Shown piece after piece: positions 38,091-50,970 of a stretch of DNA of 64,000 nt (within the stretch, counting starts at the first letter, position 1; every line of letters starts with the position of its first letter). The stretch lies in assembly GCF_006345805.1 (NCBI RefSeq), contig NC_043019.1, positions 31,185,360-31,249,359 on the forward strand. Reading direction: 5' to 3'. The stretch comes from Octopus sinensis (taxonomy: Eukaryota). The notes beneath the pieces were generated by a model that saw nothing but the letters and a program-made list of their open reading frames with translations, did not search any database and was not told the origin of the DNA. A program made the position numbers and the translations under genes.

Positions 38091-38129
38091 ACCTTTTTCT
38101 TTCAAGACAGTAAACAATTTATTCATAGG

Positions 38130-38640
38130 TTGGCATCTTCGGCATCATGTACCACATGCCTGCATCCCATGGATGACACAACAATGTAAGTCTTCTTGTC
38201 AATTCTCCAGCTACCTTCTCATTCTTGTCCCATCAGCCCATGATATTGTCCATTCATTGTGTTCTATGACTGTTTCTGGATCTACTACCCTTTACTCTTC
38301 CTTCAATGATAACATTTTCTAAACCTTTGCTTCTTCGAATATGGACATAATACATGAGCTCTTGTTTTTTCAAAATGTTCAGAAGTTGTTGTCTTTCCCC
38401 TTCATGTTGTCTGATGGTCCTTGTAAAATTTTCCTATACACCCACATTTCTTGTTGTAATACCCATTCATTTATCTGATGGTCCTTGTAACATTTTCCTA
38501 CACACCAACATTTCAAAATCATAGATGAGTATCTTTAATCTTACACAGAGTCTCATATCACGTGTTGTCATCTGAGCCTGAGACTTGTGTCCGGCAAGAT
38601 CATTATACCTTTGAGCAGTGTCTGTGATCATTACCCTAAT
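38130..38640 (-). mobile_element. Old RTE/BovB-like LINE 3' fragment
   Basis: Minus-strand translation NILKKQELMYYVHIRRSKGLENVIIEGRVKGSRSRNSHRTQ*MDNI resembles the RTE C-terminal GHI.RR..LE...EG...G.R.RGRP..RW.D motif. Confidence 0.6.
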
Positions 38641-38962
38641 ACTGTCATAATGTTGCAGTATTCATAAATTTGTAATGTAGAGGGTGGAACGAAAGGAACT
38701 TGCAAAGAATATACATAAAGATAACTAAAGCATGTGTGTGTGTGTGTGTATGCATACTGAAAATGTCGTAAATACCCACACAAACATACACACATATATA
38801 TATTTTTACTTAATACAGTCTTGAAGTGTGAAGCTCATTGTTTAAAGAATTATTATTTTTTTTATGTTATAAAATCTTTCATCAGGATGTTACTAACCTT
38901 TTTGGGGAAGACGTTTTTTCCTAGTGTGTTGACACTTTTGACCAATCGTTCCAAACACACAG

Positions 38963-38996
<34 letters not shown>

Positions 38997-40130
38997 TGGT
39001 AGAATAACCAATTATATAGGTTTTAATTTTTTGTTTTGCAATTTACTTAATCATCGGTATTTTATTGTTATTTTAATTTTAATATTTCTGTTATATGTAA
39101 TTTTCTATATGGTGTAATATTATGAATTGAGAAAAGGTGGTTTTTTTCTAATTTTTTCATATATATATATCATATTGTGTGAAATTTGATTTAGTATTTC
39201 TAAATTGAATTTTTTCCTGTAAGTTAGGATTAATTTTCTCTCAAATAATTATATATATATACATACATATATATATATATATATATAGATATGTATATAT
39301 ATTCTTTTACTCTTTTATTTGTTTCAGTCATTTGACTGTGGTCATGCTGGAGCACCGCCTTTAGTCAAACAAATCAATCCCAGAACTGTTTCTACACAAC
39401 AAATCACCCTGTGTTGCTAAGGATTTACTTCTCAAAATTGAATGTTGTGTTAATGGTTGTTTTCTTATGTATTCACAGCTGACATAAAGAAAGATTAATC
39501 TAGTAGTTAGCAAGCACTAAATAATTGAGAGGCAGACATTTATGGTTGTTAATTCACCTTTATTCAGCCTGAAAACTGGTTGAAATATTAAATGGATTAG
39601 CATAATTGTCAGAAAATTCAACAATGAATTAAATTAGCAAATATTATTTTTTTCTGGAATTCTGCCTTTATTTTTAAATAGAGTTAATTTGGAAGTAGCA
39701 ATTTAAATGCTTTTTTTATTAATTTTTTTTTATTTATGTCAAATGGGAATTTGGAAAATAGTCTCATTTTCTTTTTAGAATTTTGCACAACTTTTGAAAA
39801 TTTTATTATGTCTGAAGTTTGAACAAGTCAACAAAGTTTTTATATTAGTTTGATTATTGGTTTGTTTCCAAGAAATGTGCATTATTGGGGTTGACATGGC
39901 TGTGTGATTAAGAAGTTTACTTGATGACTATCTGGTTCAATTCCATTCTGCAGAAACCTGTCATAAATACCTTCACACATACATATATATATATATAAAT
40001 TTTAAAGTCTATGAAATTACTTAATATAGTCCTGAAGAATAAAGGTCATTGTTTAAAGAATTTAAAAAAAAAATGTTATAAAATCATTCCAAACATATAT
40101 ATATAAATACATACATATGTATATATATAT

Positions 40131-42495
40131 GTGCCACTATGAAAGGTTGCTGAATGAAGAAAATGAATGGGATAAAGAGAGTCTGCCGAATGTTGAGGGA
40201 CCAGCTATCCGAGTTGATAGTTCCGTGGTAGCTAAGGCAATTAGAAGCATGAAGACAGGGAAAGCCCCAGGCCCATCAGGAATCACTGCAGAGATGCTCA
40301 AAATGTCTGGTAGTGTCGGCTATAGCCTAGTCACCCGTATAGTTAATCAGGTGATACACAAAGGGGTCATACCCAATGACTGGTGTAACAGTATAATAGT
40401 CAACTGCTACAAAGGTAAAGGTGATGCCCTAGATACAAATAACTACAGAGGTATCAAGCTGTTGGACCAGGTGATGAAGGTTACAGAGAGGGTCATAGCC
40501 CAACTAATTAGAGAGAGAGTTAGTTTAGATGAGATGCAGTTTGGGTTTGTGCCAGGGAAAAGTACTACTACTGATGCTATATTCCTGGTAAGGCAGCTGC
40601 AGGAGAAATACCTAGCCAAAGATAAGCCCCTGTACCTGGCTTTTGTTGACATGGAGAAAGCCTTCGACAGGGTCCCCCGATCCCTTATCTGGTGGGCAAT
40701 GAGGAAACTAGGGATAGATGAATGGTTAGTGAGAGCTGTGCGGGCCATGTACAGAGACGCCGCTAGTAGGGTGAGGGTTGGAAATGTGTACACTGAAGAA
40801 TTCCGGGTAGAGGTAGGAGTCCACCAAGGCTCAGTACTCAGCCCCCTCCTATTTATCATAGTCCTCCAGGCAATAACGGAGGAATTCAAGACAGGATGCC
40901 CTTGGGAGCTCCTCTATGCTGATGACCTTGCTCTAATTGCTGAGTCGCTATCAGAACTGGAGGAGAAGTTTCAGGTGTGGAAACAAGGATTAGAATCGAA
41001 GGGCCTCAGAGTCAATCTAGCTAAAACCAAAGTCGTAATCAGTAGGAAGGTAGACAAATCACAAACACCTTCAGGTAGATGCCCTGCTCGATCTATAGAA
41101 AAGGTGTAGGTAGAAACTCTATAAGATGCACCAAGTGTAAGCTATGGACACATAAGAGATGCAGCAATGTCAAAGGAAGGCTAACTAGGAAGATGGTTTT
41201 TGTATGTGGCAGATGCTCAGGAACAATAAACACTGAAAATGCTCTGAGACCAACTTCCGTCACTTTCCAGGGAGAAAAACTAGAAATAGTTGATAGTTTC
41301 CGTTACCTAGGTGACCAAGTCAGCAGCGGGGGCGGGTGTGCTGAAAGTGTAACTGCTAGAGTAAGAATAGCTTGGGCAAAGTTCAGAGAGCTCTTACCTC
41401 TACTGGTGACAAAAGGCCTCTCGCACAGAGTGAAAGGCAGACTGTATGATGCGTGTGTATGAACAGCCATGCTACATGGCAGTGAAACATGGGCCGTGAC
41501 TGCTGAGGATATGCGTAAGCTCGTTAGAAATGAAGCAGTATGCTCCGATGGATGTGTAATGCCAGTACTCACACTCGGCAGAGTGTAAGTACCTTGAGAG
41601 AAAAGCTGGACCTAAGAAGCATCAGTTGTGGTGTGCAAGAGAGACGTTTGCGCTGGTATGGTCATGTGGCGAGAATGGATGAAGATAGTTGTGTGAAAAA
41701 GTGCCACACCCTAGCGGTTGAGGGAACCTGTGGAAGAGGCAGACCCAGGAAAACCTGGGACGAGGTGGTGAAGCACGACCTTCGAACTTTAGGTCTCACT
41801 GAGGAAATGACTAGAGACCGAGACCTCTGGAAGTGTGCTGTGCGCGAGAAGACCCGGCAGGACAAGTGAGTCCATAACCCGTGGCCTTCTACATGGGATG
41901 GAGCCAGCCTACGTATGCATACCTTCCCTTCTTGGGACACAAAACTCTACTTGTGAAGACGTGATGAGGCAAGTGAGGATCAGAATCGAAATCGATCAAT
42001 GGAAATTGCGGATGTGCTACCAGTGCCGGTGGCATGTCAAAACTCTGCTTGTGAAGACCCGTTGAGGCAAGTGACGATCAGAATCGAAATCGATCAATGG
42101 AAATCGATCAATGGAAATCGATCAATGGAAATTGCAGATGTGTTACCAGTGCCGGTGGCATGTAAGAGAACTTTCCGTTTCGCGACCGTTGCCAGCACCG
42201 CCCCGTTTCGTGTCCGTTGCCAGCCTCGCCTGGCCCTCGTGCCGGTGGCACATAAAAAGCACCATCCGTTCGTGGCCGTTTGCCAGCTCTGTCTGGCACC
42301 AGTGCGGGTGGCACGTAAAAAGCACCCACTACACTCACGGAGTGGTTGGCGTTAGGAAGGGCATCCAGCCGTAGAAACACTGCCAGATTTGACTGGGCCT
42401 GATGAAGCCTTCTGGCTTCACAGACCCCAGTAGAACCGTCCAACCCATGCTAGCATGGAAAACGGACGCTAAACGATGATGATGATGATGATGAT
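40131..42495 (+). mobile_element. RTE-clade LINE, 5'-truncated and disabled, with a complete 3' UTR and (GAT)n tail
   Basis: RT frame 40133-41080 (KTGKAPGPSG, QFGF, HQGSVLSP, YADD), a PHD-like finger, FRYLG and GRGRPRKTW. There are frameshifts near 41080 and 41535 and a premature stop at 41460. The element has (TA)n on both sides. Confidence 0.95.
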
Positions 42496-42499
42496 ATAT

Positions 42500-42740
42500 A
42501 TATATATATTCTTATAGTCTTTTACTCTTTTGCTCTTTTATTTGTTTCAGTCATTTGACTGTGGCCATGCTGGAGCACCACCTTTAGTCAAACAAATTGA
42601 TCCCAGAACTTATTCTTTGTAAGCCTAGTATTTATTCTATCAGTCTCTTTTGCTGAACCACTATGTTATGAGAACATAAATACACTAACACTGGTTGTCA
42701 AGCAATGGTGGGGGACAAGCACGAAAACTCACACACACAT
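42500..42740 (-). mobile_element. SINE family B 3' part
   Basis: ctcttttatttgtttcagtcatttgactgtggccatgctgg. Confidence 0.75.
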
Positions 42741-42772
42741 GTATTAATAAAAGCATGCAGTATTGTATATCC

Positions 42773-43011
42773 ATTATGGCTGAATCTTACCAAACAGTTT
42801 CACACTGGGTGTTAAATTGAATGTTAGCTAAGAGCACAATTATGTAATTGTGCACTCATTAGAGCTGGCAGTTACGGAAAAAATATGGTGATTGCTCTAT
42901 AATTGCTACCTCTCATAAGCAGATGGCTACATAAATGGGCTAACATCACATTCAGTTTATCTAACATCCAGTTTAACACCTAGTGTGAAATTAGTTAAGA
43001 CCAGCCATAAT
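42773..43011. mobile_element. MITE with imperfect TIRs of about 55 bp
   Basis: attatggctg...tttcacactgggtgttaaattgaatgttag versus ctaacatccagtttaacacctagtgtgaaa...cagccataat; TA at both ends. Confidence 0.7.
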
Positions 43012-43213
43012 AGGTAAATAATACTATACACTTCCATTAATATACCCACTCTATTGACAAATATATGAGTGGATATATTTTTTGACTTATGAATTCTTAG
43101 ACAGCTATGTATATATATATATATATATATATTTCTGTTCTACCGGTCATTCACTACAACACCTGTCTGTGTTTGGATTGTCTTTGCACAGGGGCCATCT
43201 TTGTTATATTTAA

Positions 43214-43437
43214 CCCTTCTGATACCAACCCGGCTGAAACCGGCTCTGGCTCTGTAGTACAAATGTCTTGTTTTCATAAGTTTTTGAATTAAAATCTTCC
43301 ACCAAACCTTAGTCACAATTTATGTTCCTAGCACTAGCTTAATGATAACTAAGTTATTTTACTAAATTCTTTGTTATATTTAAAGTAATTGGAAGAAATA
43401 CAGAGGAAATCTCAAAATAAATACAGTAACGAAAGGG
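43214..43437. mobile_element. piggyBac-like MITE, 224 bp
   Basis: TTAA at 43210-43213 and 43438-43441; termini cccttctgatac and gtaacgaaaggg. Confidence 0.75.
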
Positions 43438-43846
43438 TTAAAGCAATATATTGTTAGACTTGCAACCTGAACGCAAGTCATATGAACCTTACGACACACA
43501 AACAAACCTATTAGACAGTCGATTGCTTCAACCATCAAAGCAGTGGTTTTCACTCTTTCTGCTACCAAGACCCACTTTTATTTGAATTAATTTTGCCACA
43601 AATCTCAGGCCTTGAAATAAGCTGATTTGATTAACTATCAACAAATTTGATATCCTAGTTTCATATGAGTAGAAACCAACAAAAGCGACACAAATGCCAA
43701 GGATTTCATGTGTGGTGCTTTTGAAGTAAACTTGGAATCTGAGACAAAAAGGCGCGTTTTAAGTCAATGTAAGCATGTGTTTGTATGTGTGTGTATGTGT
43801 GTATGTGTGTATGGACACAAACACACATATATACATACATACATAC

Positions 43847-43874
<28 letters not shown>

Positions 43875-43877
<3 letters not shown>

Positions 43878-43957
43878 CTGTAAATTAATATGTTACCATT
43901 ATACAAAAGTCAAGATAAAACTCTTTTGTATAATGGTAACATATTAATTTACAGATA
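43875..43957. repeat. Perfect 35-bp inverted repeat with a 13-nt loop
   Basis: 43875-43909 is the exact reverse complement of 43923-43957. Confidence 0.9.
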
Positions 43958-44024
43958 AATTTCCTCTATTTACATAATATTGAGGTCTCTTTCTTTCTTT
44001 TGTTATCTTACGTTTTTTACCAAC

Positions 44025-44085
<61 letters not shown>

Positions 44086-44409
44086 TATATGCAACTTATA
44101 TAATAGGTATATAAGCAGGGCTATTTTAACTATTTCCCCATAGATTGGGATAATGATGAACTATTTTAATTTAATCATTTTTCAAATCTTATTAGATTCT
44201 CTTCAGAGGCATCTGCATCAATTTGGACAATTCCACAGAAACAATCAACCAACTTGTTTATGTACTTTTATACTTACAATCGCTACAGAAAACTGAAGCT
44301 ACTAATTTGCATACTATATTAACATTTTATTTTTAACTATCAGGGGCATGTCAATGGGCATCTCAGTGCATGGAGTATCAAGGCATGAAATAATATATAT
44401 AACCTATAT

Positions 44410-44722
44410 CACATGATCACATGATCACATGACCGACCAGACCATCAGATGTTGCTACACATCGCTGGTCACAATGCCTTCGCATTGTTTTAGCCTCCGA
44501 ATGACGCCACCCCGCTGGCTAAGTGAGCAGGTCAACAGAAGAAAGAGTGAGAGAAAGAGTGGTGAAAGAGTACAGCAGGGATCACCAATCCCTGCTGGAG
44601 CCTCGTGGAGCTTTTAGGTGTTTTCGCTCAATAAACACTCACAACGCCTGGTCTGGGAATCGAAATCGCGATCCTACGACCACGAGTCCACTGCCCTAAC
44701 CACTGGGCCATTGCGCCTCCAC
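44410..44722 (-). mobile_element. SINE family C, full length, 13-bp TSD
   Basis: tRNA head ggaggcgcaatggcccagtggttaggg and tail (atgtgatc)n. TSD atataacctatat at 44397-44409 and 44723-44735. Confidence 0.92.
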
Positions 44723-44789
44723 ATATAACCTATATAGTAGATATTATAAGCAGGGTTAATTTAACTTACATATCTCATTCACATCTAGT

Positions 44790-45070
44790 TCAAAACTCCT
44801 GGGCATTGACTGAATCCTGGTTCCAACAAATCCTCTAACACCTGTCTCTGTAGGAAGGTATATTGTGGTCTATCCATTGCTTCCACAGCGTTCAACCGAT
44901 TTTCGATATTCTCTGTTTTTCGTGACGAAGGTGTCTTTGATGCTCACTTCCTTTCTTTGCACCATATGACAAGGTTGGGTCTTTGGGTTGTAAAAAGTGT
45001 GAAGTAATATTTATCAAGGTCAGCAGAGAACTCCTAAGTCCCTTCCCATTTTGGGATGGCAACTCTTACT
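44790..45070 (-). mobile_element. HERO-like RLE fragment
   Basis: Minus-strand translation gives EFSADLDKYYFTLFTTQRPNLVIWCKERK and EYRKSVERCGSNG*TTIYLPTETGVRGFVG. Confidence 0.65.
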
Positions 45071-45623
45071 GACAGACTGCTTTCAAAATACAGTTCTATA
45101 TTTAAGTTTGTTTCTGTGAAATTGTCCAAACTGATGTAGGCCCTCTGTTGAGAATCTAATATGATTTGAAAATTGATTAAATTAAGATAGCTCATCATTA
45201 TCCCAATCTATGGGGAAATAGTTAAAATACCCTGCTTATATACCTATTATGTAGGTTACATATACATACATACAAACACACACACACACACACATATATT
45301 TGAAAATTTTATTTTGTAATGAGATAAAAACCCAAGGCTGTGTAAATTTTAGTTCCAGGATATTAATTATATCCCTTCATCGGAGACGGTGTGAGAGGGT
45401 GGTTAAGAAATAGTTAATTTAGATAAGGTATAAAATTTGTATGTATGTATACAGACACATGCTTACACTGACTTAAAATGTAAAAGTTGTCTCAGATTCT
45501 AAGTTTACTTCAAAAGTACCACACAAAATTTTTGTCATTTGTGTCACTTTTGTTGTTTTCTACTCATATGAAACCAGGATAACAAATTTGTTGTTAGTTT
45601 ATCAAATCAGCTTTCAAAATGTA

Positions 45624-46414
45624 TGAGGTGGTATCAAAAAAATTCCCAGACAAGTTATGTTTAAAGGAAAGTAACTTGTTTACATAAGTTTTAACATCAT
45701 CTCCTTCAAAATAGTCACTTTATGCAGCAATACACAGCTCCCAGCATTCCTGCCAGATTTTGGAATCTGGCCTGGTAGTCATTTTCTGTGAGTTGAGAAC
45801 CTTCTGTGATTAATTCTGGATCTCAACAATGGTGACCTTTGAGCTGTATTTTTGTTTGGGGAAGAGGTGGAAGTATGTAGGAGCTGGCAGAAACGTTAGC
45901 ACGCCGGGCGAAATGCTTTGCGGTATTTCGTCCGCCTCTGCATTCTGAGTTTAAATTCCGCCGTGGTCGACTTTGCCTTTCATCCTTTCGGGGTCGATTA
46001 AATAAGTACCAGTTACGCACTGGAGTCGATATAATCGATTTAATCCGTGTGTCTGTCCTTGTTTGTCCTCTCTGTGTTTAGCCCCTTGTGGGTAGTAAAG
46101 AAATAAGTATGTAGGTGCTAAATCTGGTGAATAAGGCAGGTGTGGATGCAATACCATGAGGAGAGCTCAGTGACAGGGTGCATTGTTGTCTTGAAGAATC
46201 TAATTCTTCGTACTCCACAGACCCAGTCACTTTCGCCAAATGAGCTCCCTCAAATGCTTCAAAACATCACAACTTGCAAAGTAAACAGTGATGCCACTCA
46301 GAACACTGCCTCATGAAGGTCACCGCTAGCTTTCACTGTCTATGCAACCACGTGCTGCCATCTGTTGGTGCACCACAGAAGAACTTGTCTGGGAGCTTTT
46401 TCAATACCACCTTG
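45624..46414 (-). mobile_element. Internally deleted mariner (irritans-like C-terminus) interrupted by a SINE
   Basis: TA-flanked TIRs tgaggtggtatcaaaaaaattcccagacaagtt and aacttgtctgggagctttttcaataccaccttg. The minus frame reads VLHPHLPYSPDLAPTY/FHLFP...WQECWELCIAA*SDYFEGD. Confidence 0.85.
45882..46104 (+). mobile_element. SINE family A inserted into the mariner, 11-bp TSD
   Basis: TSD aagtatgtagg at 45871-45881 and 46105-46115. Confidence 0.92.
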
Positions 46415-47014
46415 TACATATATATTGTATTATTGGATTTTCATAAGAATAAAGCTATAGTTGAAGACATTTGCCCAAGGTGCCTCACAGTGGGACTGAA
46501 CCTGTATACATAAAAAAATTTGTGTAGAAATAACACAAAACAATTTTGTAAAGAGAGGAGAGAGAGAGGGGGAGAAAGGGAAGGTGAGAGACTTATTGTT
46601 ATTGCTTTTCTCGATGGGTCATTCTAGTTATTTCTAATTGACCATAATTGTCATATGAAGATATTTTTCACTTTAGAAGAGGTCAAACAGCAACTATTTA
46701 CTTTACATGCTGCTTTTAAGATTGGTGCAATGAAAAGAGAAAGCTATCTTCAGACTGAAGACCATATTTGAAAGCTAGGAATCTCTTTGAATACATTAAT
46801 GTCATTTTCTAGATGTATAAAAGTGAATATTTGTATGTCCCAAGTTGTATGCTTCAGTTTTTGATTGAGGTGGCAGTAAAGCAGAATAAATTTTTCAAGG
46901 AAAAGGCCATGGATTCTGTGACATCTTTCTCATATTTTGTCAGACTAATGATTATAGATAAAATATTATATGTGTGTGTGTATATATATATGTGTGTGTG
47001 TATGTGCATGTGTA

Positions 47015-47055
<41 letters not shown>

Positions 47056-47152
47056 GTGTTTGTTTGTATGTCTCTAGTAGAGAGAGAGAAGATATATAAT
47101 TATATAAATATATATATATATATATATAAATAAATGCACAAACACACATATG

Positions 47153-47198
<46 letters not shown>

Positions 47199-47218
47199 AA
47201 TGTATGTATAGATATGTA

Positions 47219-47278
<60 letters not shown>

Positions 47279-47554
47279 AATGTATGTATAGATATGTATG
47301 TATATGTGTGTATATATATATATATTTATATATATGTATGTATGTATGTAGGGATATGTATGTATATGTGTGTATAAATGTGCGCACACACACACACACA
47401 CATACAACAAACAAACACATACAAACACACACACTCATATGCACTGACTTAAAATGCAAAGGTTGTCTCAGATTTTTCGTTCATTTGAGAAGTAGCATGC
47501 ACGGAAATAAAACAAACCCGAGCAACACTGGGCTATACTGCTAGTCTATAGTAA

Positions 47555-47850
47555 AGGTGTGTGGCTAAGTGGTTAAGGTGTTGCACTCATGATCATAAGA
47601 TTGTGGTTTTGATTCCCAGACTGGCTGCACATTGTGTTCTTGAGCAAAATACTTCATTTCACATTGCTCCAGTCCACTCGGCTGTAAATGGGGGAATCTA
47701 CAATGGACAAGCCTTCCAGTCAGGAGGAATGTTTGTCTGCCTACCTAGATGCTGGCATGGCATCCTTCAAAACCTAAAACAGTACAAAGAGCATTGTGAC
47801 CAGCGATGTATAACAATACCTGATACTTTAGTAGTCACATGATCATGTGA
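47555..47850 (+). mobile_element. tRNA-SINE related to family C
   Basis: tggctaagtggttaagg head; tail gcattgtgaccagcgatgt...gtcacatgatcatgtgat. Confidence 0.65.
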
Positions 47851-47974
47851 TATATATATATAAAACTTAGGTAAAACTTAGATATGTCTCGAGCAAAGAT
47901 TGGTCCAGGCCATGTCTAACTTAATAGCACCACCTGATAGGATTATTTAAATCCTTTTTAAGTCAAATTTTGTG

Positions 47975-48245
47975 GTATTATGGTCCATTCAAGTAGTGAG
48001 TTCTTGTTGGGTGAGTTGTATCCAGGTATGGGTGGCTTATCTGGTATTCCTTGAAGAAATTTATCCAAACTCCATTTAAAGGTGATGGGATCCTATCATG
48101 CCATTAATTTGTTTAGTGAGTACCCTCTAGGGTGATTCAATTTTCAAGATGTTTTGTTTTGTATGGGGAGACCACAGCAGTATTCGAGGTGTGGCCATAA
48201 AGACTTCATGGAGTAGTGTGGACTATTTTTACCACCTGTCATAAC
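47975..48245 (-). mobile_element. CR1/L2-group LINE 3' fragment
   Basis: Minus-strand translation gives LWPHLEYCC and FKWSLDKFLQGIPDKPPIPGYNSPNKNSLLEW. Confidence 0.75.
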
Positions 48246-48699
48246 ATGCCAGCAGAAAATAACATCAGTAGGTGAGACAAGCTGACACTGAATTAGCTTC
48301 GCTGATTGGCAGATGACGGTATCGTTTAGAGAATGCATGGGCTGAGACTACGCGCCTTCATTGGTTAGTTAAAGTTGAGACAGTGTCACGTGACAACTTG
48401 CTGGGGCTGCCTGCTGGAGCCTAGCAGCAGGTATTTAAAGGAAAAAAATTTGACAAGACAGTCAGTCTCCCGCTGACATTCGATGACACTACATTGAAGA
48501 GGCCAGGGAACAGAAGAAACAAGGAGAAAGAAGACATGCACCCAACACCAGAGTTGATGACACCTCTGAAAGGGGGGACCCCACCACGTCAAAACTGTAG
48601 AGGAGTAGGGACTAAAACCAGACGTGGTTCCTCCTGATGATGTCTTGAGCTAACTGGATCCTATAAAGGAGCTATTGTGGTAGCAGACCACGAAGCACA

Positions 48700-48795
48700 T
48701 TTGAAATTTCTGGGGAGACCACAGGGGGAAGCAGTATTCGAGGTGTGTCCATAAACACTTCCTACAATAGTGTGGACTATTTTTACCACCTGCTC
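48700..48795 (-). mobile_element. Second copy of the CR1-like HLEYC segment
   Basis: LWTHLEYCFPLWSP; homologous to 48165-48240. Confidence 0.7.
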
Positions 48796-49179
48796 CATTT
48801 TTCCCACATTCTCTGTCTCCACCAATACAAACCAAGCTTACCAAGATACTTAATAAAGGGTTGGTTTTCAACAACAACTTGCTATTGTCTCCCCACTTGT
48901 GCTGTTCTATACTCATTCAGAGAGGGCCACAGACTGTGTGTGCTCACAAAATAATAACATTCAACTGAATCATTAACAGCTCAGGTACATATGTAAATCT
49001 TACACAATGTATAATTTATTTATTTATTTGTTTGATAATTTATTATTGTGCTTCTAAACTGGAGTCTGGGATATTCAGTTTCTGAATAGAAACAGATAAC
49101 ATGTTTTTTGTCACACGCAAAGACTTTAAGTTTGCTCATGTTTTCAATACTCCTGATTAACCACCCACTCTGTTTTTGT

Positions 49180-49192
49180 GTGGAATATATAT

Positions 49193-49264
<72 letters not shown>

Positions 49265-49359
49265 TTCTCACACACATGTATTATATATTTTCCTCACAGA
49301 CCAAATATATATATATATATATATATATACACGCATACATATATTTATGTATAGTCTAT

Positions 49360-49416
<57 letters not shown>

Positions 49417-49693
49417 GGGTATGTGTATTTGTATATACATATACATATGTATATGTTGGTGTATATGTACATATATATATAAACATATAGATATATGTTT
49501 ATATATATATATATATATATGTATGTATATTATCTATATATATATATGTATATATTTATATCTATATACACATATGTACATATACACATTAATTTTGTCT
49601 TTATGAGAGAAAAAATATATATAAAAAATGTGCATATGTATGTGTGTGTATGTGTATATATATATTATATATATAATATATATATATAATATA

Positions 49694-49724
<31 letters not shown>

Positions 49725-49741
49725 CATATATATATACATAA

Positions 49742-49788
<47 letters not shown>

Positions 49789-49810
49789 CACATACACACA
49801 CATGTGCAAA
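49180..49810. repeat. (TA)n-dominated compound microsatellite
   Basis: Directly visible. Confidence 0.95.
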
Positions 49811-50101
49811 TACATTATATATTAATTTTTGATTTTATGAGAAAAAAATTTAACATATAACAGTACAGCACAATAGTTCTTAATATAACCAGCAATTTAA
49901 CATTTGAGCTTTAAAATACCTAAATTATATACAAATGCCAGTAAAAAAAATAAATTGAAACAACTCTAATATTCTTGTAGCCATCATCATAAACATTATA
50001 TTTATTATAATTTCCACTAGAAATAACAGCTAATTTTCATTAAATTACACCAGTCTATGTTAAGACACGTTAAGCAATATATGTCCTGATATGTCAATAT
50101 A

Positions 50102-50400
50102 GTGGAGGCACAATGGCCCAGTGGTTCTTGCAGTCATAGGATTGCAGTTTCGATTCCCAGACCGGGTGTTGTGAGTGTTTATTGAGCAAAAACACCTAAA
50201 GCTCCATGAGGCTCCGGTAGGGAGTGGTGGCGATCCCTGCTGTACTCTTTCGCCACAACTTTCTCTCACTCTTTCTTCTGTTGACCTGCTCTCTTAACCA
50301 GCGGGGTGTCATTATTTGAAGGCTAAAACAATGCAAAGCGCATCGTGACCAGTGATGTGTAGCAACATCTGATAGCCTGGTTGGTCACGGTGATCACGGT
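50102..50400 (+). mobile_element. SINE family C, full length
   Basis: Matches 44410-44722; TSD-like atgtcaata at 50091-50099 and 50402-50410. Confidence 0.88.
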
Positions 50401-50654
50401 AATGTCAATAAAAGGCAAAATACTGTTAGAGGTGGAATGTCTTGAACCATAATCCTGCTAAATTAGGACTATTTAATTTAGCAGTGTTCACCAACACTAC
50501 ATCTGATATCCGCCCCCTCCATACACATGCACACATGTATATCATGACTCTTACACTATTCACTTTCCTGACTTTTGCACATAATTCTATGTATTGTTCA
50601 TGCACCTTTAATAAGTTGCAGTGCAGCTGAGCACTGTACACAGTAATTTCATTA

Positions 50655-50970
50655 TTATTATTATTATTTTCTACGCTAGGCACAAAGCCCGAATTTTTTG
50701 GGAAGGGTTGCCAGTCGATTAGATCGATCCCAGTACACAACTGGTACTTAATTTATCGACCCTGAAAGGATGAAAGGCAAAGTTGACCTCGGTGGAATTT
50801 GAACTCAGAATGTAAAGACAAACGGAAGCTCATGAATATATTCTTTTCTACTGTAGGCACAAGGCCTGAAGCTTTTGGCGTGGGTTGCCAGTCGATTAGA
50901 TCGATCCCAGAACACAACTGGTACTTAATTTATCAACCCTGAAAGGATGAAAGGCAAAGTCAACATCCTG
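50655..50970 (-). mobile_element. Two partial SINE family A copies in tandem
   Basis: ggcacaa...gttgccagtcgattagatcgatcccag is repeated. Confidence 0.8.
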
